The notes beneath the pieces are model-generated. The model worked only from the letters and a program-made list of their open reading frames with translations, did no database searches and was not told where the DNA came from. The translations under genes were made by a program, and so were the position numbers. From a virus (Duplodnaviria > Caudoviricetes), in the IMG/VR virus record IMGVR_UViG_3300020045_002676, positions 1 to 39,505 of that record: a DNA stretch of 39,505 nucleotides. One strand, 5' to 3'. Shown here piece by piece: positions 23,566 through 34,800 of this stretch. Position 1 is the stretch's first letter; each line of letters starts with the position of its first letter.

Positions 23566-25896
23566 TTATTCGTCGTTAAAGGCAGTTAGTGCCCATTGTG
23601 GGATACTTTCCTTATGGTGACTCGGACCCCAAGCTCTAGTTCCACCCATATCTAGATGGATAGAATTAGCGTAGACACCTACACCCTTGAACCCCTGTGC
23701 ACGAGCAAGCTTAATAAGCTTAACACGTTCAGACCTGCCGAGATCAGACACATCTAGATCAATGGCATTACCATGAATATGTTGGCTACGCTTAGCCCCA
23801 CCAGCCTTAGCATTTCTATTGGCATCACGATAACCGCTAACCACTGGTAGAGGTTTGCCGAATGTATTCTGCAACGCTACCAGATTATCTTTAATATCCG
23901 GCTTCAGGTTTTCAATATCAGGTGTATAACCTCGTGCCCTACTAACATTAATCTCGTCAGTAGACATACCATCCTGTTGATCTCTTGCGTCCAACACTTC
24001 CTGAATAACATCTTCATTAGGAGTTTCTACCAAGTCGTTAAGGTTGAAATCCTGTTGAGCTGTTTGATCAGCGGTTGGTGTGAAAGAAATCTTCTTAGGT
24101 GCTTCACTATCAGCTGCTGGCTGCTGGTCAAAGATAGTAGGAGCAAGCTGTTCAAAGCTAGCCTTGTAGTCTGTGTTACCATTGATGTGAGCATTGCTGA
24201 TCACCATCTTGTTCAACACTTTACTAAACGCACTGTTATTAAGAACGTTAACAGCTGCCTTGTTGGTCATATTAGGATCAACACCAGCCTTGAGCTTGAA
24301 GCCAAATCGGCCAGTCTCAATAGTAGGCTCAACAATATCCCCCACCTTAAACGTGATATCTCCAGCTGCACTAGGTGCAACATCCTTCATACTACGAGCG
24401 TACATCTTACCAAGCTCATCTTTGAGCATAGGAACGACATACGAACCATAACCATCCTGAATAACCTGTGCTGCCCTAGCTTTAAACTGTTCAGGAACTG
24501 TGTTCCCCTGCATGTATTTACCAACCTCTGGATTAGAGAGGAAGTCGATTACAGGCTGGAACTCTTCTGCACTCTCAGTAGAATTGGAATAAATATCAAT
24601 ACCACGCAATACAGAAGTGAGCTGCTGATCAATCTCTTTCTTAGTGGGTTCATCAAGAGTGCCACTATTAGCCTTACCGATTACAGATGTAAGTGTGTCG
24701 AAATACTTTCGTACACCCTTGGACTCACTACCACCACTTGGCAATGGATCAGCCGGCTTAGAAGGAATTGTTCCGCCACTAGCTTCAGTCGAAGCGAGAG
24801 AAGAACTAGACTGTAGGTTCTTAGCATATTGAACTGCCACTTCAGCAAGCTGAGCACCAAGTACGTCACCCATAGACTTAGACAGGTTAGACATAGCAAT
24901 CCACTGATGAGCTTCAGGCGTAAGGTTCTGTACTACTAGAGCTTCGGCACGAGCCTTAGCATTCTTTGTACGAGCTTCAAACATGCCAGTATCATATTCA
25001 CCAGAGAGTTCCTTTACATACGTATCAAGCAAGTCCTTAGACGGCTGTATGATCTGCTGCACTTTCTCATTACCAACAGACAATACATCACCAGACATGG
25101 CAGCTGTACGTTGTGCAAAATCCTGCTGCATACTAAGGATACCATCACGAATAATCTTCTGGCGTTCCTGTTCGTTAGTAGCCTTGTTAGCAGCTTCCTT
25201 CACCTCAGTATAACGGGCATTCCAATATGGGAGACTATCAGCACCAACACGAGCTAGCGAAGACATAACCTTTTCGGTTTCAGCTTCCTTAAGTGTCTTG
25301 CGCTGCTTATCAGTGAGATCGAGCCTAGAACTAGCATTATTGAGACGCTTAGTGTCATCTTCCAATTCCCTTACAGAACGCTGGAATTTCTCCAGATCGG
25401 CAATAGCCGCTTCTTCCTTACTTGAATTACCAACATCATTAGACGAAATGAAACCACTGTCTACAGCGGCTGTAATCTGCGCCTGACGCATCTTGACACG
25501 CTGCTGAGCATCCGTGTCAATATCAGAGAAACCACTCTGTGTGCGGTTGGTAGAGTAGCGAGCGAGGACATCCTGTTCGAGGTTAGGCATACTAGCCAAC
25601 GTCTGAGACAGGAGAGCCTGTTTACGTACCGTCCCCTCAGAAGGGGACAGTCCTTGTTCCATAGCACTATCAATCTCGATAAGACGAATACTAAAATCGG
25701 CCAGAGCTTTATTCTTGTCCCCCTCTGCTTTATTACGCATAGAGGTGGCAACAACCTTAGCACCAGTGATTAGTCCCTTACCGATGGTTTCCAGCCCATC
25801 CAGTTCACCCTGACGAGTGACTGGCTGGACTAGTTGAGCAGCAGGTTCGATCTTAGTGTCGACATCTGTTACCCTAGTTGAAAAGTCTGTTGCCAT
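23566..25896 (-). CDS. Internal virion (ejection) protein with C-terminal peptidase M15 domain
   Basis: Helical N-terminal body; C-terminal SGYRD..RN...GGAKRSQH..GNAID and GVGVY...IHLD. Confidence 0.8.
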   Translation of the reverse strand: MATDFSTRVTDVDTKIEPAAQLVQPVTRQGELDGLETIGKGLITGAKVVATSMRNKAEGDKNKALADFSIRLIEIDSAMEQGLSPSEGTVRKQALLSQTLASMPNLEQDVLARYSTNRTQSGFSDIDTDAQQRVKMRQAQITAAVDSGFISSNDVGNSSKEEAAIADLEKFQRSVRELEDDTKRLNNASSRLDLTDKQRKTLKEAETEKVMSSLARVGADSLPYWNARYTEVKEAANKATNEQERQKIIRDGILSMQQDFAQRTAAMSGDVLSVGNEKVQQIIQPSKDLLDTYVKELSGEYDTGMFEARTKNAKARAEALVVQNLTPEAHQWIAMSNLSKSMGDVLGAQLAEVAVQYAKNLQSSSSLASTEASGGTIPSKPADPLPSGGSESKGVRKYFDTLTSVIGKANSGTLDEPTKKEIDQQLTSVLRGIDIYSNSTESAEEFQPVIDFLSNPEVGKYMQGNTVPEQFKARAAQVIQDGYGSYVVPMLKDELGKMYARSMKDVAPSAAGDITFKVGDIVEPTIETGRFGFKLKAGVDPNMTNKAAVNVLNNSAFSKVLNKMVISNAHINGNTDYKASFEQLAPTIFDQQPAADSEAPKKISFTPTADQTAQQDFNLNDLVETPNEDVIQEVLDARDQQDGMSTDEINVSRARGYTPDIENLKPDIKDNLVALQNTFGKPLPVVSGYRDANRNAKAGGAKRSQHIHGNAIDLDVSDLGRSERVKLIKLARAQGFKGVGVYANSIHLDMGGTRAWGPSHHKESIPQWALTAFNDE

Positions 25897-25898
25897 TG

Positions 25899-28800
25899 TT
25901 ATTCTGGCCCTTTCATTCCGTCATAAATCTTAATTAGTCTATCTCTATCTTCTGGCTTAACAGGAGATTTACTCAATGCATCTAGCAGATCATCACGCGT
26001 GATAAGTGGGAACTGTTGGATAAGGCCATTAAGAATAACATGATCCCCACCCTTCATACGCTTCATAACCTCACCACGGATATAAGAGAGTGCTGTTGGA
26101 TTACCTTCCCATACTCGGTTGGCTTCCCTATACATCCTCAATACAAACTCAGTTTCTTTTTCTGAGATGCCTTCACGAGCTAGACGCCTAGAGGTTTCAT
26201 CCAACAGGTATTTAACATCGTCTTTGAAGGCTGTAGACATTTCGTATGTCTTCGTACTAAATGCGTATTTAAGCATCTCATCTGTGGTTTGGAAGCCCAT
26301 CGTTCTCATCATAGCTTCCATTTCGTTAACATCACTGTCAACAACATTGCCCTTAGTATCAATAGCCTGACCACGCTGGAAAGCGTAGCGTGCCTTAAAG
26401 ATATTAGACCCACCAGAGAAAATACTCAGGAAGGTTTTACCCACATCTTTAATAGCGCCATCATCTTCAGGAACTGTAAAGAACCTATGCATCGATTTAA
26501 CTAGATTACCAATCCTAGCGTTATCACCATAGACAAGGCTGACAGAAGGACTGCTTGTTACAACACCCTCCAAATCCATCGTGCCTACAGCTTCAAACAT
26601 ATTAATCAGATTGGGCATCTCAAGCAAGCGCATAGACGAACTAAAGTCAACATCTACCTCTTCGCCATACACAGCCGATAGAGTTTTATTCATAGCTAGG
26701 TTGAACAAACCACCAGCAACAAGTTCCTGTAGTTCAGGATCATTCTCTGGGAGCAGCTTCATAGCCTGTTCGTAGAGAAGGCCATACCCCGTACCATATA
26801 CGGTGAGATATGCTGTCCCTAGCTTCAGCCTGTCCATTCGTGACAAGGCTCTATTCCCCATAACAATCTGAGCAAACGCCTTGTGAGGTGCCTGAGCAAA
26901 CTGCATAATAGCAGACAGAGCATTCTCGTTATACGCTAGTTCACCAGCCTTGTTCATGTTCAATGTCAAATCACGGACACGAGCATGAAGGAGGTTAAGA
27001 GCTTCAGCGTCTATCTTCTTACCACTGCGTCTGAGAACATCATACTCAGAAAGCCAGATGGCCTTCATCAAATAATTCTCACCAGCTTCAAAACCTACCT
27101 TCTGCATAACATCGATAGGCTTAGCAATCACTGCCTTAGTCTTGTCGTAGATTGTACGATTGACCAACGACTTCAAGTCATCCCTGATCAACGAGTGAGC
27201 AGAGACAGCAGAAGCAATACCACTATCACGATAAGCCTTCTCCATATTCTTGGCTTCTTCTAGCGTCATCCCTGTAAACTTATTACCCAATGATTTAATG
27301 AAGCTCTCAGCATCACCACCTCTATCGAGATAACGAGCATGGGCCATATACCAAGGAAGTTTAGGAATGAACGAAGGGTTAGTAGCTAGAATAACTGGCA
27401 AGCCCTGTGAAGCCTGTACAACTACCTGCCGGACAGGGTTAGCTGCCAGCAAGAGGCGGAACGCCTTCTTACGTGCCCAAGCTGTAGGAGCTGTATTAGC
27501 AGCTGCATGACCAGCAGTTTCAATCCAACCAAACCCTTTCTTACCACTCGTTGTAGCGATAGATTTGAAGAAGTTTTTCGAGACATCATCCAACAGATTA
27601 ACAAACCCATTCTCCATCTGGTCAATATAACGATAGGTGGACAGGGCGTCATGGTACTTGCCAGCGTCATCTGTAATGTTAGGCTTAACCAAATCCTTCA
27701 CACTGTCAGGCCACATCTTGGCTTTAGTCGTTGGATTACGTGGCAAAAACTCATCATACTGCCTCATGAAACGCTTCTTAGACGTATCAAGATATTCCTT
27801 CATAGGAATACGACGAGAGATAGAATTGATCGAACGGATCAAGCTTTCCTCTGGCGTAGCAATATGTCTGAAGTTAGGGTCAGTAGGACGAGAAGTAGTA
27901 TCCTGTAGCATTTCACCACGGGTACGCTGTGGAGTTAGGCCAGAGTTAACCCTAGCATTCCACATCATCTCATCAAACTCTTCCCCCTTCAAGTCTCCAC
28001 GTACAGAATACACAGCCTTTGGATCAGCAGCTTGCAGCCTCTTAAGATGTTCTTCAGCGTCTTTGATGTTAGCAGCAGTCGCTATAGCCTTAGTGTACTC
28101 AGTACCATCAGCGTTCTTTACAACAGTGGTGATGAAGTATGGGTCTTTGTAATAAATTGTAAAATGACCCTCACGGTAGTTCATAAGCTTGTCGCTCTCA
28201 CGGAGAGAACGAACGTAATTGTGACTGTTATTACTAACCTTCACATAAGCGATGGTCTCACCCTTAACATCGATAGGTGTACGAGCCATAGCGATAGTAC
28301 CACCATTCTTATACAACTCTGTGCGTTCTTTAGAAGTGATGGGGCGGATAAGTCCAAGTTCTGGATCATACACTTTAGTCACTTTGAGGTTGCCTACAGT
28401 CGAATTAGTGATTGGTTTAACCAGAAGTGAGTCCTGTCCATCAGACGTGACGAACATTTGAAACCCCTTACGCTTAGACTGGCGTACAGCATCAGTGTTA
28501 TAGAGTACGTAATTCGTATCATTAACACGCTTCCACGAACGGATAGCATCAATCATACCATCGTCCCAACCATCAGCCCTGAGCTTAGTCACATTGAGCT
28601 TGAGGCTCTTGTGGTTAGCTTCAACAATGTAGTTGTCAATAATCTTACGCTTAACATTGTCTACACTATTATAACTCTTAGCCCACTGATCACCAAGATC
28701 AAGGAGAAGCTTCTGTGACTGTGCAGTTTTATCAACCGCTACAGAGGCTGCTCTGGTGAGCTGTGGATCGATGTAGCCTGTCGGAGGGATAAGATGCTGA

Positions 28801-30530
28801 GTGATACTCCCACCCTTGCCCTTGGTGTACACAGGCAGCTTGTCGAAGAGGTTTAGATCAACGCCGAGAACTTTGCCCTCTACATTAGTGACAGACCAAT
28901 TGATCGTGTCTGATGGATCATACGGGGTGGTATGATCAATAGCCACCATATAGTTTCCCTTAAGATTGGCAGCTGTGGAGTTTGGATTAACTTCTTTAAG
29001 ATTACCATCTGCTCCACGACGAAAGAGTTTAATCTCATCGTCCAGCAAGCCATACTTACGAGTGGCCAGCTTAACCTGCATAACGGCATCCTTGCCATTC
29101 TTGAACCCACCTTCAGCAGGACCAAACACAGTTTGGATACGAACCCCATCATCAACAGCCTGAATGGTGGTCATTTCCTTGTGGGAGATAAGACCAGTAA
29201 CATCCTTATTAGTAATATCACCAATAACTGTAGCGAGCTTGGAGTCCTTCTCTGCACGAGTGAAGTTAATCGTACCACTGTCACCAGCGATTTGTCTAAC
29301 TACATCCATATCAGGATTGAACTCAACGTCATCAATAAGGGGCTTGTAACGGATAGAGCCATCGAACGCACCAATCTCTGGGCCGACACTATTCACCACT
29401 ACATCTTCTCTTGACGCGTTGAACAAAGACTTAGCTAGCTCGCCTGTATCATCATCAGCTGCTGCTTTAATCAAAGCATTAGCACTCTTTGAGTTGGTTT
29501 GAGAAACAACCTCACCTGCACTCAAAGGAGAACGACGAGTAAACTTAGCAATGTTACCCGCACTAGACATGCCGTTCTTAATAGAACGAACTGTAGCTCC
29601 AGCACCTACTAGATCAAGGATGGATGTAATATCATCTACAACCCTGTCAGCCGTGGTGTACTGCCCTTCTACAAGGTAGTCTCGCAAATGGTTCATAAGC
29701 ATCATAGAGTTTGTATCACCAAGGATACTACCTTCCGACGCCATGACAACATCATAAACGGACTGAGCGATCTTAAGACGGTCCTGAAGTGGAACAGCTG
29801 CGACAAACTTACGAATGTCTTCCTTACTTTCCCCTAGCAGACCAATACTCTTAACAATACCAGACGCCAAACTATTAACATCATCTTCCTCAATAGCTGT
29901 ACGCAGACGTGTCTGGATTTCAGCAGCCAAGCCTTGTTCCATAAAAGGGACAACAGCTTCAAGGAAGTTCTTACCAGCTTCAATAACGCCCGGAGAATTA
30001 GCCATGTCAGCTTCATTCACCATCTTCTGAATTTCAGAATTGTATGCGTTTACTTCAGCCAGCCGGCCCACAATGTCAACACGAGTTTCTTCAACTTCAT
30101 CGTTGTCAGTTACAAGCCCTTCTTTTTCAATTTGATTAATCCCGAGGATTTCCTGCGGCGAACGGGCTTTCTTAATAGGGGAAGCTCCACCACGCCACTG
30201 AGAGGCCATACCTACTTTCTGATCAAGGGGGATGCTCTCATCACTAAGAATTTCCCCCATCTGTTGAGTGGTTAGATCGTTCTCTCTCTGATTGGCCTGA
30301 GCCATAACATTATCGTATGTTGGAGAGTTTGTATTCAGATTAAATTCTGAACCGATTACATTGTAAACTTCAACAGCTGCTTCTGGCTCTACCAATAGCG
30401 CAGCATGTGCAGCCAAGTTATTAGCCGTACCCTTGTTATTGATTGGCATCAAAGACGTATTCTGGTCCTGTACCAGATCATCAAGGGTAGTGTCGTTCTG
30501 GCCAGCCAGAGCATTCAGATCAGTTAGCAT
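25899..30530 (-). CDS. Large internal virion/ejection protein (1543 aa)
   Basis: Size and position after tail genes in podoviral order; no catalytic motif recognised. Confidence 0.7.
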   Translation of the reverse strand: MLTDLNALAGQNDTTLDDLVQDQNTSLMPINNKGTANNLAAHAALLVEPEAAVEVYNVIGSEFNLNTNSPTYDNVMAQANQRENDLTTQQMGEILSDESIPLDQKVGMASQWRGGASPIKKARSPQEILGINQIEKEGLVTDNDEVEETRVDIVGRLAEVNAYNSEIQKMVNEADMANSPGVIEAGKNFLEAVVPFMEQGLAAEIQTRLRTAIEEDDVNSLASGIVKSIGLLGESKEDIRKFVAAVPLQDRLKIAQSVYDVVMASEGSILGDTNSMMLMNHLRDYLVEGQYTTADRVVDDITSILDLVGAGATVRSIKNGMSSAGNIAKFTRRSPLSAGEVVSQTNSKSANALIKAAADDDTGELAKSLFNASREDVVVNSVGPEIGAFDGSIRYKPLIDDVEFNPDMDVVRQIAGDSGTINFTRAEKDSKLATVIGDITNKDVTGLISHKEMTTIQAVDDGVRIQTVFGPAEGGFKNGKDAVMQVKLATRKYGLLDDEIKLFRRGADGNLKEVNPNSTAANLKGNYMVAIDHTTPYDPSDTINWSVTNVEGKVLGVDLNLFDKLPVYTKGKGGSITQHLIPPTGYIDPQLTRAASVAVDKTAQSQKLLLDLGDQWAKSYNSVDNVKRKIIDNYIVEANHKSLKLNVTKLRADGWDDGMIDAIRSWKRVNDTNYVLYNTDAVRQSKRKGFQMFVTSDGQDSLLVKPITNSTVGNLKVTKVYDPELGLIRPITSKERTELYKNGGTIAMARTPIDVKGETIAYVKVSNNSHNYVRSLRESDKLMNYREGHFTIYYKDPYFITTVVKNADGTEYTKAIATAANIKDAEEHLKRLQAADPKAVYSVRGDLKGEEFDEMMWNARVNSGLTPQRTRGEMLQDTTSRPTDPNFRHIATPEESLIRSINSISRRIPMKEYLDTSKKRFMRQYDEFLPRNPTTKAKMWPDSVKDLVKPNITDDAGKYHDALSTYRYIDQMENGFVNLLDDVSKNFFKSIATTSGKKGFGWIETAGHAAANTAPTAWARKKAFRLLLAANPVRQVVVQASQGLPVILATNPSFIPKLPWYMAHARYLDRGGDAESFIKSLGNKFTGMTLEEAKNMEKAYRDSGIASAVSAHSLIRDDLKSLVNRTIYDKTKAVIAKPIDVMQKVGFEAGENYLMKAIWLSEYDVLRRSGKKIDAEALNLLHARVRDLTLNMNKAGELAYNENALSAIMQFAQAPHKAFAQIVMGNRALSRMDRLKLGTAYLTVYGTGYGLLYEQAMKLLPENDPELQELVAGGLFNLAMNKTLSAVYGEEVDVDFSSSMRLLEMPNLINMFEAVGTMDLEGVVTSSPSVSLVYGDNARIGNLVKSMHRFFTVPEDDGAIKDVGKTFLSIFSGGSNIFKARYAFQRGQAIDTKGNVVDSDVNEMEAMMRTMGFQTTDEMLKYAFSTKTYEMSTAFKDDVKYLLDETSRRLAREGISEKETEFVLRMYREANRVWEGNPTALSYIRGEVMKRMKGGDHVILNGLIQQFPLITRDDLLDALSKSPVKPEDRDRLIKIYDGMKGPE

Positions 30531-30544
30531 GTCTATTTCCTATA

Positions 30545-30988
30545 TTAGCCATTTGGAGAAGGTGTTTGGAATGCCCCGAATGCACCACCCACAGTGCTAC
30601 CGAACAACCCCCACATCTGCCCCTTGTAATCGTAGTCAGCTGCTCGCTGGTTCCGATTATTAATACCTTGGATTGCCTTAGTCTGCCCTTGAGCAAACGC
30701 ATTAGCACTGCCCAAGTTAGTATTGATTACACCAGTTGCACCCTGTGAACCAGAGCTACCTGTTGCACCAGCATTCTCACTCTGCTGTAGAACCATAGCC
30801 CTACGCACACGAGCCTCTCGGATAGCCTTACGGCGTGAGTCCGCACTCTCATTCTTCTGTTGTGCATTAGCAATGGCGTTAGCTTCCTTACGCTCCGCTG
30901 AGGCTTTACGTCCCATCGTATATTGCATAACGCCTGTGACAACAGATGTAGCAGCAATAACTGCACCAATCAATGTTTCAACGCCCAT
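30545..30988 (-). CDS. Small internal virion protein (T7 gp14-like position)
   Basis: Hydrophobic N-terminus, A/Q/G-rich helical body, precedes large ejection proteins. Confidence 0.65.
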   Translation of the reverse strand: MGVETLIGAVIAATSVVTGVMQYTMGRKASAERKEANAIANAQQKNESADSRRKAIREARVRRAMVLQQSENAGATGSSGSQGATGVINTNLGSANAFAQGQTKAIQGINNRNQRAADYDYKGQMWGLFGSTVGGAFGAFQTPSPNG

Positions 30989-31275
30989 CTTAACACCCTA
31001 TATTTGACTCCATCCCATTCCATTTCTCCAATATCATCGTATCCTTTGAATAAGGAATAGAACTTAGGAGTGGCTGAATACGAGAATATATAATCATATC
31101 CAGCCGAACCTATTTTCTTTTTAAATATTTCAAACTCAGACTGCAAATGTTTGACAACTTTAGTGGTCATTTTCTTCATTTCAATATGAATATAAAGAAT
31201 ATCGTCCACCTCTTCTAGTCTCACTTTGTAGTCATCGTTATCACGATACACCCTTCGCTTAACCTTATGTGCCAT
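30970..31275 (-). CDS. Hypothetical protein, possibly GNAT-fold assembly factor (T7 gp13-like position)
   Basis: Between nozzle and ejection genes; start reassigned to ATG 31275 with GGAG RBS. Confidence 0.5.
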   Translation of the reverse strand: MAHKVKRRVYRDNDDYKVRLEEVDDILYIHIEMKKMTTKVVKHLQSEFEIFKKKIGSAGYDYIFSYSATPKFYSLFKGYDDIGEMEWDGVKYRVLRWALKH

Positions 31276-33577
31276 TATTAACTCCAACAGCCATAGACCA
31301 GCCATATAGATGCATCTCCTTCTTAGGAGAAGAAGTGAACTTAAGTGAAAAGGCCCTACCTCTCCCTCGCAACTTATTTTTAGTTACGATAGTTTCGTAG
31401 CCTGTATCAAAAGGATCACCTACACCACTAGGCATATAAAATCTACGATAGCGGTAAACTTGAAATGGCACACTCCACTTGTTTGAATTGGCCGAATTTG
31501 TCCAATCCCATTGTGATTGCACCATACATGAAGATTGGTTAGATGGAATGATATCACTGCCATCTAGCTCAAATCCTGTCTCTGTCCTTTTCATATGGAC
31601 TATAAGATACGGGACTTGTTTAAACCTCATAGCATCACCACCAGTCAACGCACCAGTGATTAGTGTAGCAGGTGCATCAACACCAACAGTATTATAAGAT
31701 TTCCAATCCACAAAGTCTACATCTGTGTACGTAGCGAATGTATATCTGATAGTTGGGGAGATGTCAGTTACTACTAGATAACCAACCTCAAACAAACTAT
31801 CTATGTTAGTCCTATATTTACGCGTGATCGTCACTACAGTTCCACCAACAGTGACGTTAGACCCGCCCACAGTCACATTCTCTTCTTCTACATTCACTTT
31901 AAATGAATTAGTATTAAAGCCAGATAGTACGATAGGTGGGGTATTACCATTAACTTGACTGATATGTCGTTCATAAAATGCTGACAAGTTCAGGTCTAGT
32001 ACAAGCTCTTTCTGTTGAGAGATAGACGACAAACTATTGTCATACAACCATCTCACCTTCTTTTGATACCCATCATAGACACCAACTACACCGTACTTGC
32101 TCTCTGTAGAGATATTGTTATACAATTTCTGGATACGAGTTTGTGTGAGGTTAGTAGAAACCCAATCTCCAAACTCATTTGTCTTGATATGGTAGATACC
32201 ATCATCAGACCAGTACATGATTGTGTTATCAACTTCTACTACACTGTCAGACCCTAGTACACCTCTGTCTGATATCTTGTCAACTACATAGTTAGTAGCA
32301 GAGAACCCACTATCATTACCACCATAAATTCTCCACCATCCACTAGCACCACCCACAAACAAGCTACTACCCAATGCAATCATAGACCTGATGCCGTAGG
32401 AGTTACTGATGCGGATATAACCACCATCTGTATCGATAATATCGGTGGCCTTATCAGAGGTTGGATCACCATCTTGATAACATTTAGTGATGAGTGATTT
32501 GTCTGTGATCAGTTGTGAGAAGGTAACATAAGAAGATAGGTTAGGTGATTTTTCATCACCATCAATCACATCTCCAGAAAATCCACCAAACCACACCCTA
32601 CCAGCAAATTCACTAATAACTGTGGCTCCGCCTGAAGTTTTATCATCAGGGAGATTTGTAACCTTACGCGTAAGTTCTGGATAGATGGCCCTATTTTCTG
32701 CATCTGCACTAATACGGCTAGCCCCACGATTGAGCAAATCAATAATGAAATACCCCTGAGCAGCCCTAAAGTTACCAATAGGGTCAACTAGCAAGTCTTT
32801 AGCAAAGAAGCGTCTAACAGTTCTATCACCAGAGTCATCAGCGTTTGCGTATAGAAAGGCGATAACAGTGTCAGAGTTAGATGGATACTTAGTTGGAGAT
32901 GTCCAAATATTAACAGGGTCTTTCACACTGGACTCGTCAGAGTTGATATAGTGTGGAATAGCGAAACCTTGATTACGCAAGTTATACAGATGGTTTTGTG
33001 ATAGAGATGTTGGCCTCTTCTGGACATTCTGTCCAATAGTTAGGTCATCACCACCGTTTTTATCTTCAACACCCCAGAAATCTCTAACTTTAATTGTATC
33101 AGTCTTATAGCTGAAGATACCATTATTGTAAGTTACTATTGTGATTTGACTAACACCAGAGGCAACTACAAGACCACCATCAATAGACGTAAAGGAATAT
33201 TTTTCATTTATAGGGGAGCCAGAAAAAGTTCTTGTCCCAATTAGAGAAGACGACAGTACATCATTATCACCATCAAAGAATTTTACCTGATTACCAAACT
33301 GTACACAGATAATAGATTTCAGTGGATCACCACCTACATTCTCCCACTTATACGTTCTGTACGCAATCGATGAGGAACTAGATGATCCAATACCAGTGTT
33401 GACTTCTACAAAACCATTCTCGTAGTCCATGCCCAGAGAACGCTGGCGAGAGCCATCACTATTAAGCTCCATGTTGATATCAACAAAAGAGGAGTTGTCA
33501 GGATAGGTTAGTGGTGACGCATCAGTAACGAGGCCACCAACAAATTTGTTAATCTCTACCTTCGCCAGCTGCGTCAT
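31265..33577 (-). CDS. Tail nozzle / tail tubular protein B
   Basis: N-terminal F.GGLVT.ASPL, beta-rich, C-terminal KLRGRGRAFSLKF. Confidence 0.8.
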   Translation of the reverse strand: MTQLAKVEINKFVGGLVTDASPLTYPDNSSFVDINMELNSDGSRQRSLGMDYENGFVEVNTGIGSSSSSSIAYRTYKWENVGGDPLKSIICVQFGNQVKFFDGDNDVLSSSLIGTRTFSGSPINEKYSFTSIDGGLVVASGVSQITIVTYNNGIFSYKTDTIKVRDFWGVEDKNGGDDLTIGQNVQKRPTSLSQNHLYNLRNQGFAIPHYINSDESSVKDPVNIWTSPTKYPSNSDTVIAFLYANADDSGDRTVRRFFAKDLLVDPIGNFRAAQGYFIIDLLNRGASRISADAENRAIYPELTRKVTNLPDDKTSGGATVISEFAGRVWFGGFSGDVIDGDEKSPNLSSYVTFSQLITDKSLITKCYQDGDPTSDKATDIIDTDGGYIRISNSYGIRSMIALGSSLFVGGASGWWRIYGGNDSGFSATNYVVDKISDRGVLGSDSVVEVDNTIMYWSDDGIYHIKTNEFGDWVSTNLTQTRIQKLYNNISTESKYGVVGVYDGYQKKVRWLYDNSLSSISQQKELVLDLNLSAFYERHISQVNGNTPPIVLSGFNTNSFKVNVEEENVTVGGSNVTVGGTVVTITRKYRTNIDSLFEVGYLVVTDISPTIRYTFATYTDVDFVDWKSYNTVGVDAPATLITGALTGGDAMRFKQVPYLIVHMKRTETGFELDGSDIIPSNQSSCMVQSQWDWTNSANSNKWSVPFQVYRYRRFYMPSGVGDPFDTGYETIVTKNKLRGRGRAFSLKFTSSPKKEMHLYGWSMAVGVNNGT

Positions 33578-33800
33578 TCTTCACCTCTCTTGGGAATAGC
33601 TTCACCTTCTTAATAGGTGGAGGCCGGTTTTCAATTTCCTGCTTAAAGAGGATGTACTGATCGATGGCCATTTTAGCTTCTCGAACTTTAGTGTAACTAC
33701 CTCTGAACATATCAGGGATTTGACCACCACGTCCGGGAGATTTGATAACACTCATTCCGAATGTGCCATCACTCTCAATTACATACCCTTTATATTCCAT
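33549..33800 (-). CDS. Hypothetical protein in tail module
   Basis: MEYKGY.I...GG.IP..F.G.YT....A..AID; coupled to neighbours. Confidence 0.7.
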   Translation of the reverse strand: MEYKGYVIESDGTFGMSVIKSPGRGGQIPDMFRGSYTKVREAKMAIDQYILFKQEIENRPPPIKKVKLFPREVKNDAAGEGRD

Positions 33801-34003
33801 TATTTAACTCTATCTTTCTTTTTATTAATCCACGCTTGCTTAGAGTTATTCCTCAATGCTGTGGAAATCATCGTCTTTCCATACACATCATAGTCACTAT
33901 TGACGCGTGGACCTTTACCAGAACGGAGAGTTCTTGTCTGTTTGACAGATGAACTGCCAACATCCTTGACATTGGCTGATTGTTTTCTGCCTTTAAGCTT
34001 CAT
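33800..34003 (-). CDS. Small basic hypothetical protein
   Basis: K/R-rich 67 aa; overlaps both neighbours' stop/start codons. Confidence 0.65.
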   Translation of the reverse strand: MKLKGRKQSANVKDVGSSSVKQTRTLRSGKGPRVNSDYDVYGKTMISTALRNNSKQAWINKKKDRVK

Positions 34004-34800
34004 CGATCATCCTGTTTGAATGTTGGTTCCTCTTGGAACTTGCTGTGGCCACCACCATTCCTACCATAACGAACATACTTGACACCACCCTCAACACGCC
34101 AACTCTTACGAGATAGCCATTGGTTCTGGCTCTTACTTTCTTGTTCAGCTTTAGGATCGGCCTTCTGAGCTAGTTTAATAGCAGCCCGGCTCTTGCTCTC
34201 TTCAATCAGATAAGTGAAGGCTTCTTCAGGAAGGTCTGGGATAAACGAATCACTAATAGTGAATACTGGACTGACGTATGCCCTTACTTGCGTCTTTGAA
34301 TTCTGAAGGACATTATCCACATTACTATCATAACTATCAAAGACGAGTTTGTTGTCGTCGAAGCTGGTAAAATATGACGGAGCCTTGTTGTTCTGGATAA
34401 CGTAAACACTCTGTCCATCTGTGATCTGGTCGGTATGTACATCATCAGTATTCCTGCCATAGAATAGACGCAGCATGTCATCAGGCTCGATATATTTCAC
34501 TTCCTCAAATCTGAGGCGTGTTTCACCAAGCTTTTTCTTATCATAATAAACTGAAATCAGCTCTTTGATATTATCATCAAATGTCATAATGTTTGGTTTA
34601 TTACTATCGGCAGAGGAATTAATTTTGATTAGTTTTGCAGTGTGCGGCCAGTTACGTCGGCTGATGATAGCTTCATAAGTGCTTTTGACAATCTGAGCAA
34701 TCTGAGTGCTTTCAGGTGTGTCATTAATACTATTGATTTCATCAGTGTCAATGTCATTGGCGATATCTTGTACAATCGCCAAAAGATTTTTCTTAGACAT
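34000..34800 (-). CDS. Tail adaptor / tail tubular protein A
   Basis: LL.IVQDI..DID.DEINSI.DT.ES.QIA, P.YFTSFDD..LVFDSYD motifs; position. Confidence 0.78.
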   Translation of the reverse strand: MSKKNLLAIVQDIANDIDTDEINSINDTPESTQIAQIVKSTYEAIISRRNWPHTAKLIKINSSADSNKPNIMTFDDNIKELISVYYDKKKLGETRLRFEEVKYIEPDDMLRLFYGRNTDDVHTDQITDGQSVYVIQNNKAPSYFTSFDDNKLVFDSYDSNVDNVLQNSKTQVRAYVSPVFTISDSFIPDLPEEAFTYLIEESKSRAAIKLAQKADPKAEQESKSQNQWLSRKSWRVEGGVKYVRYGRNGGGHSKFQEEPTFKQDDR

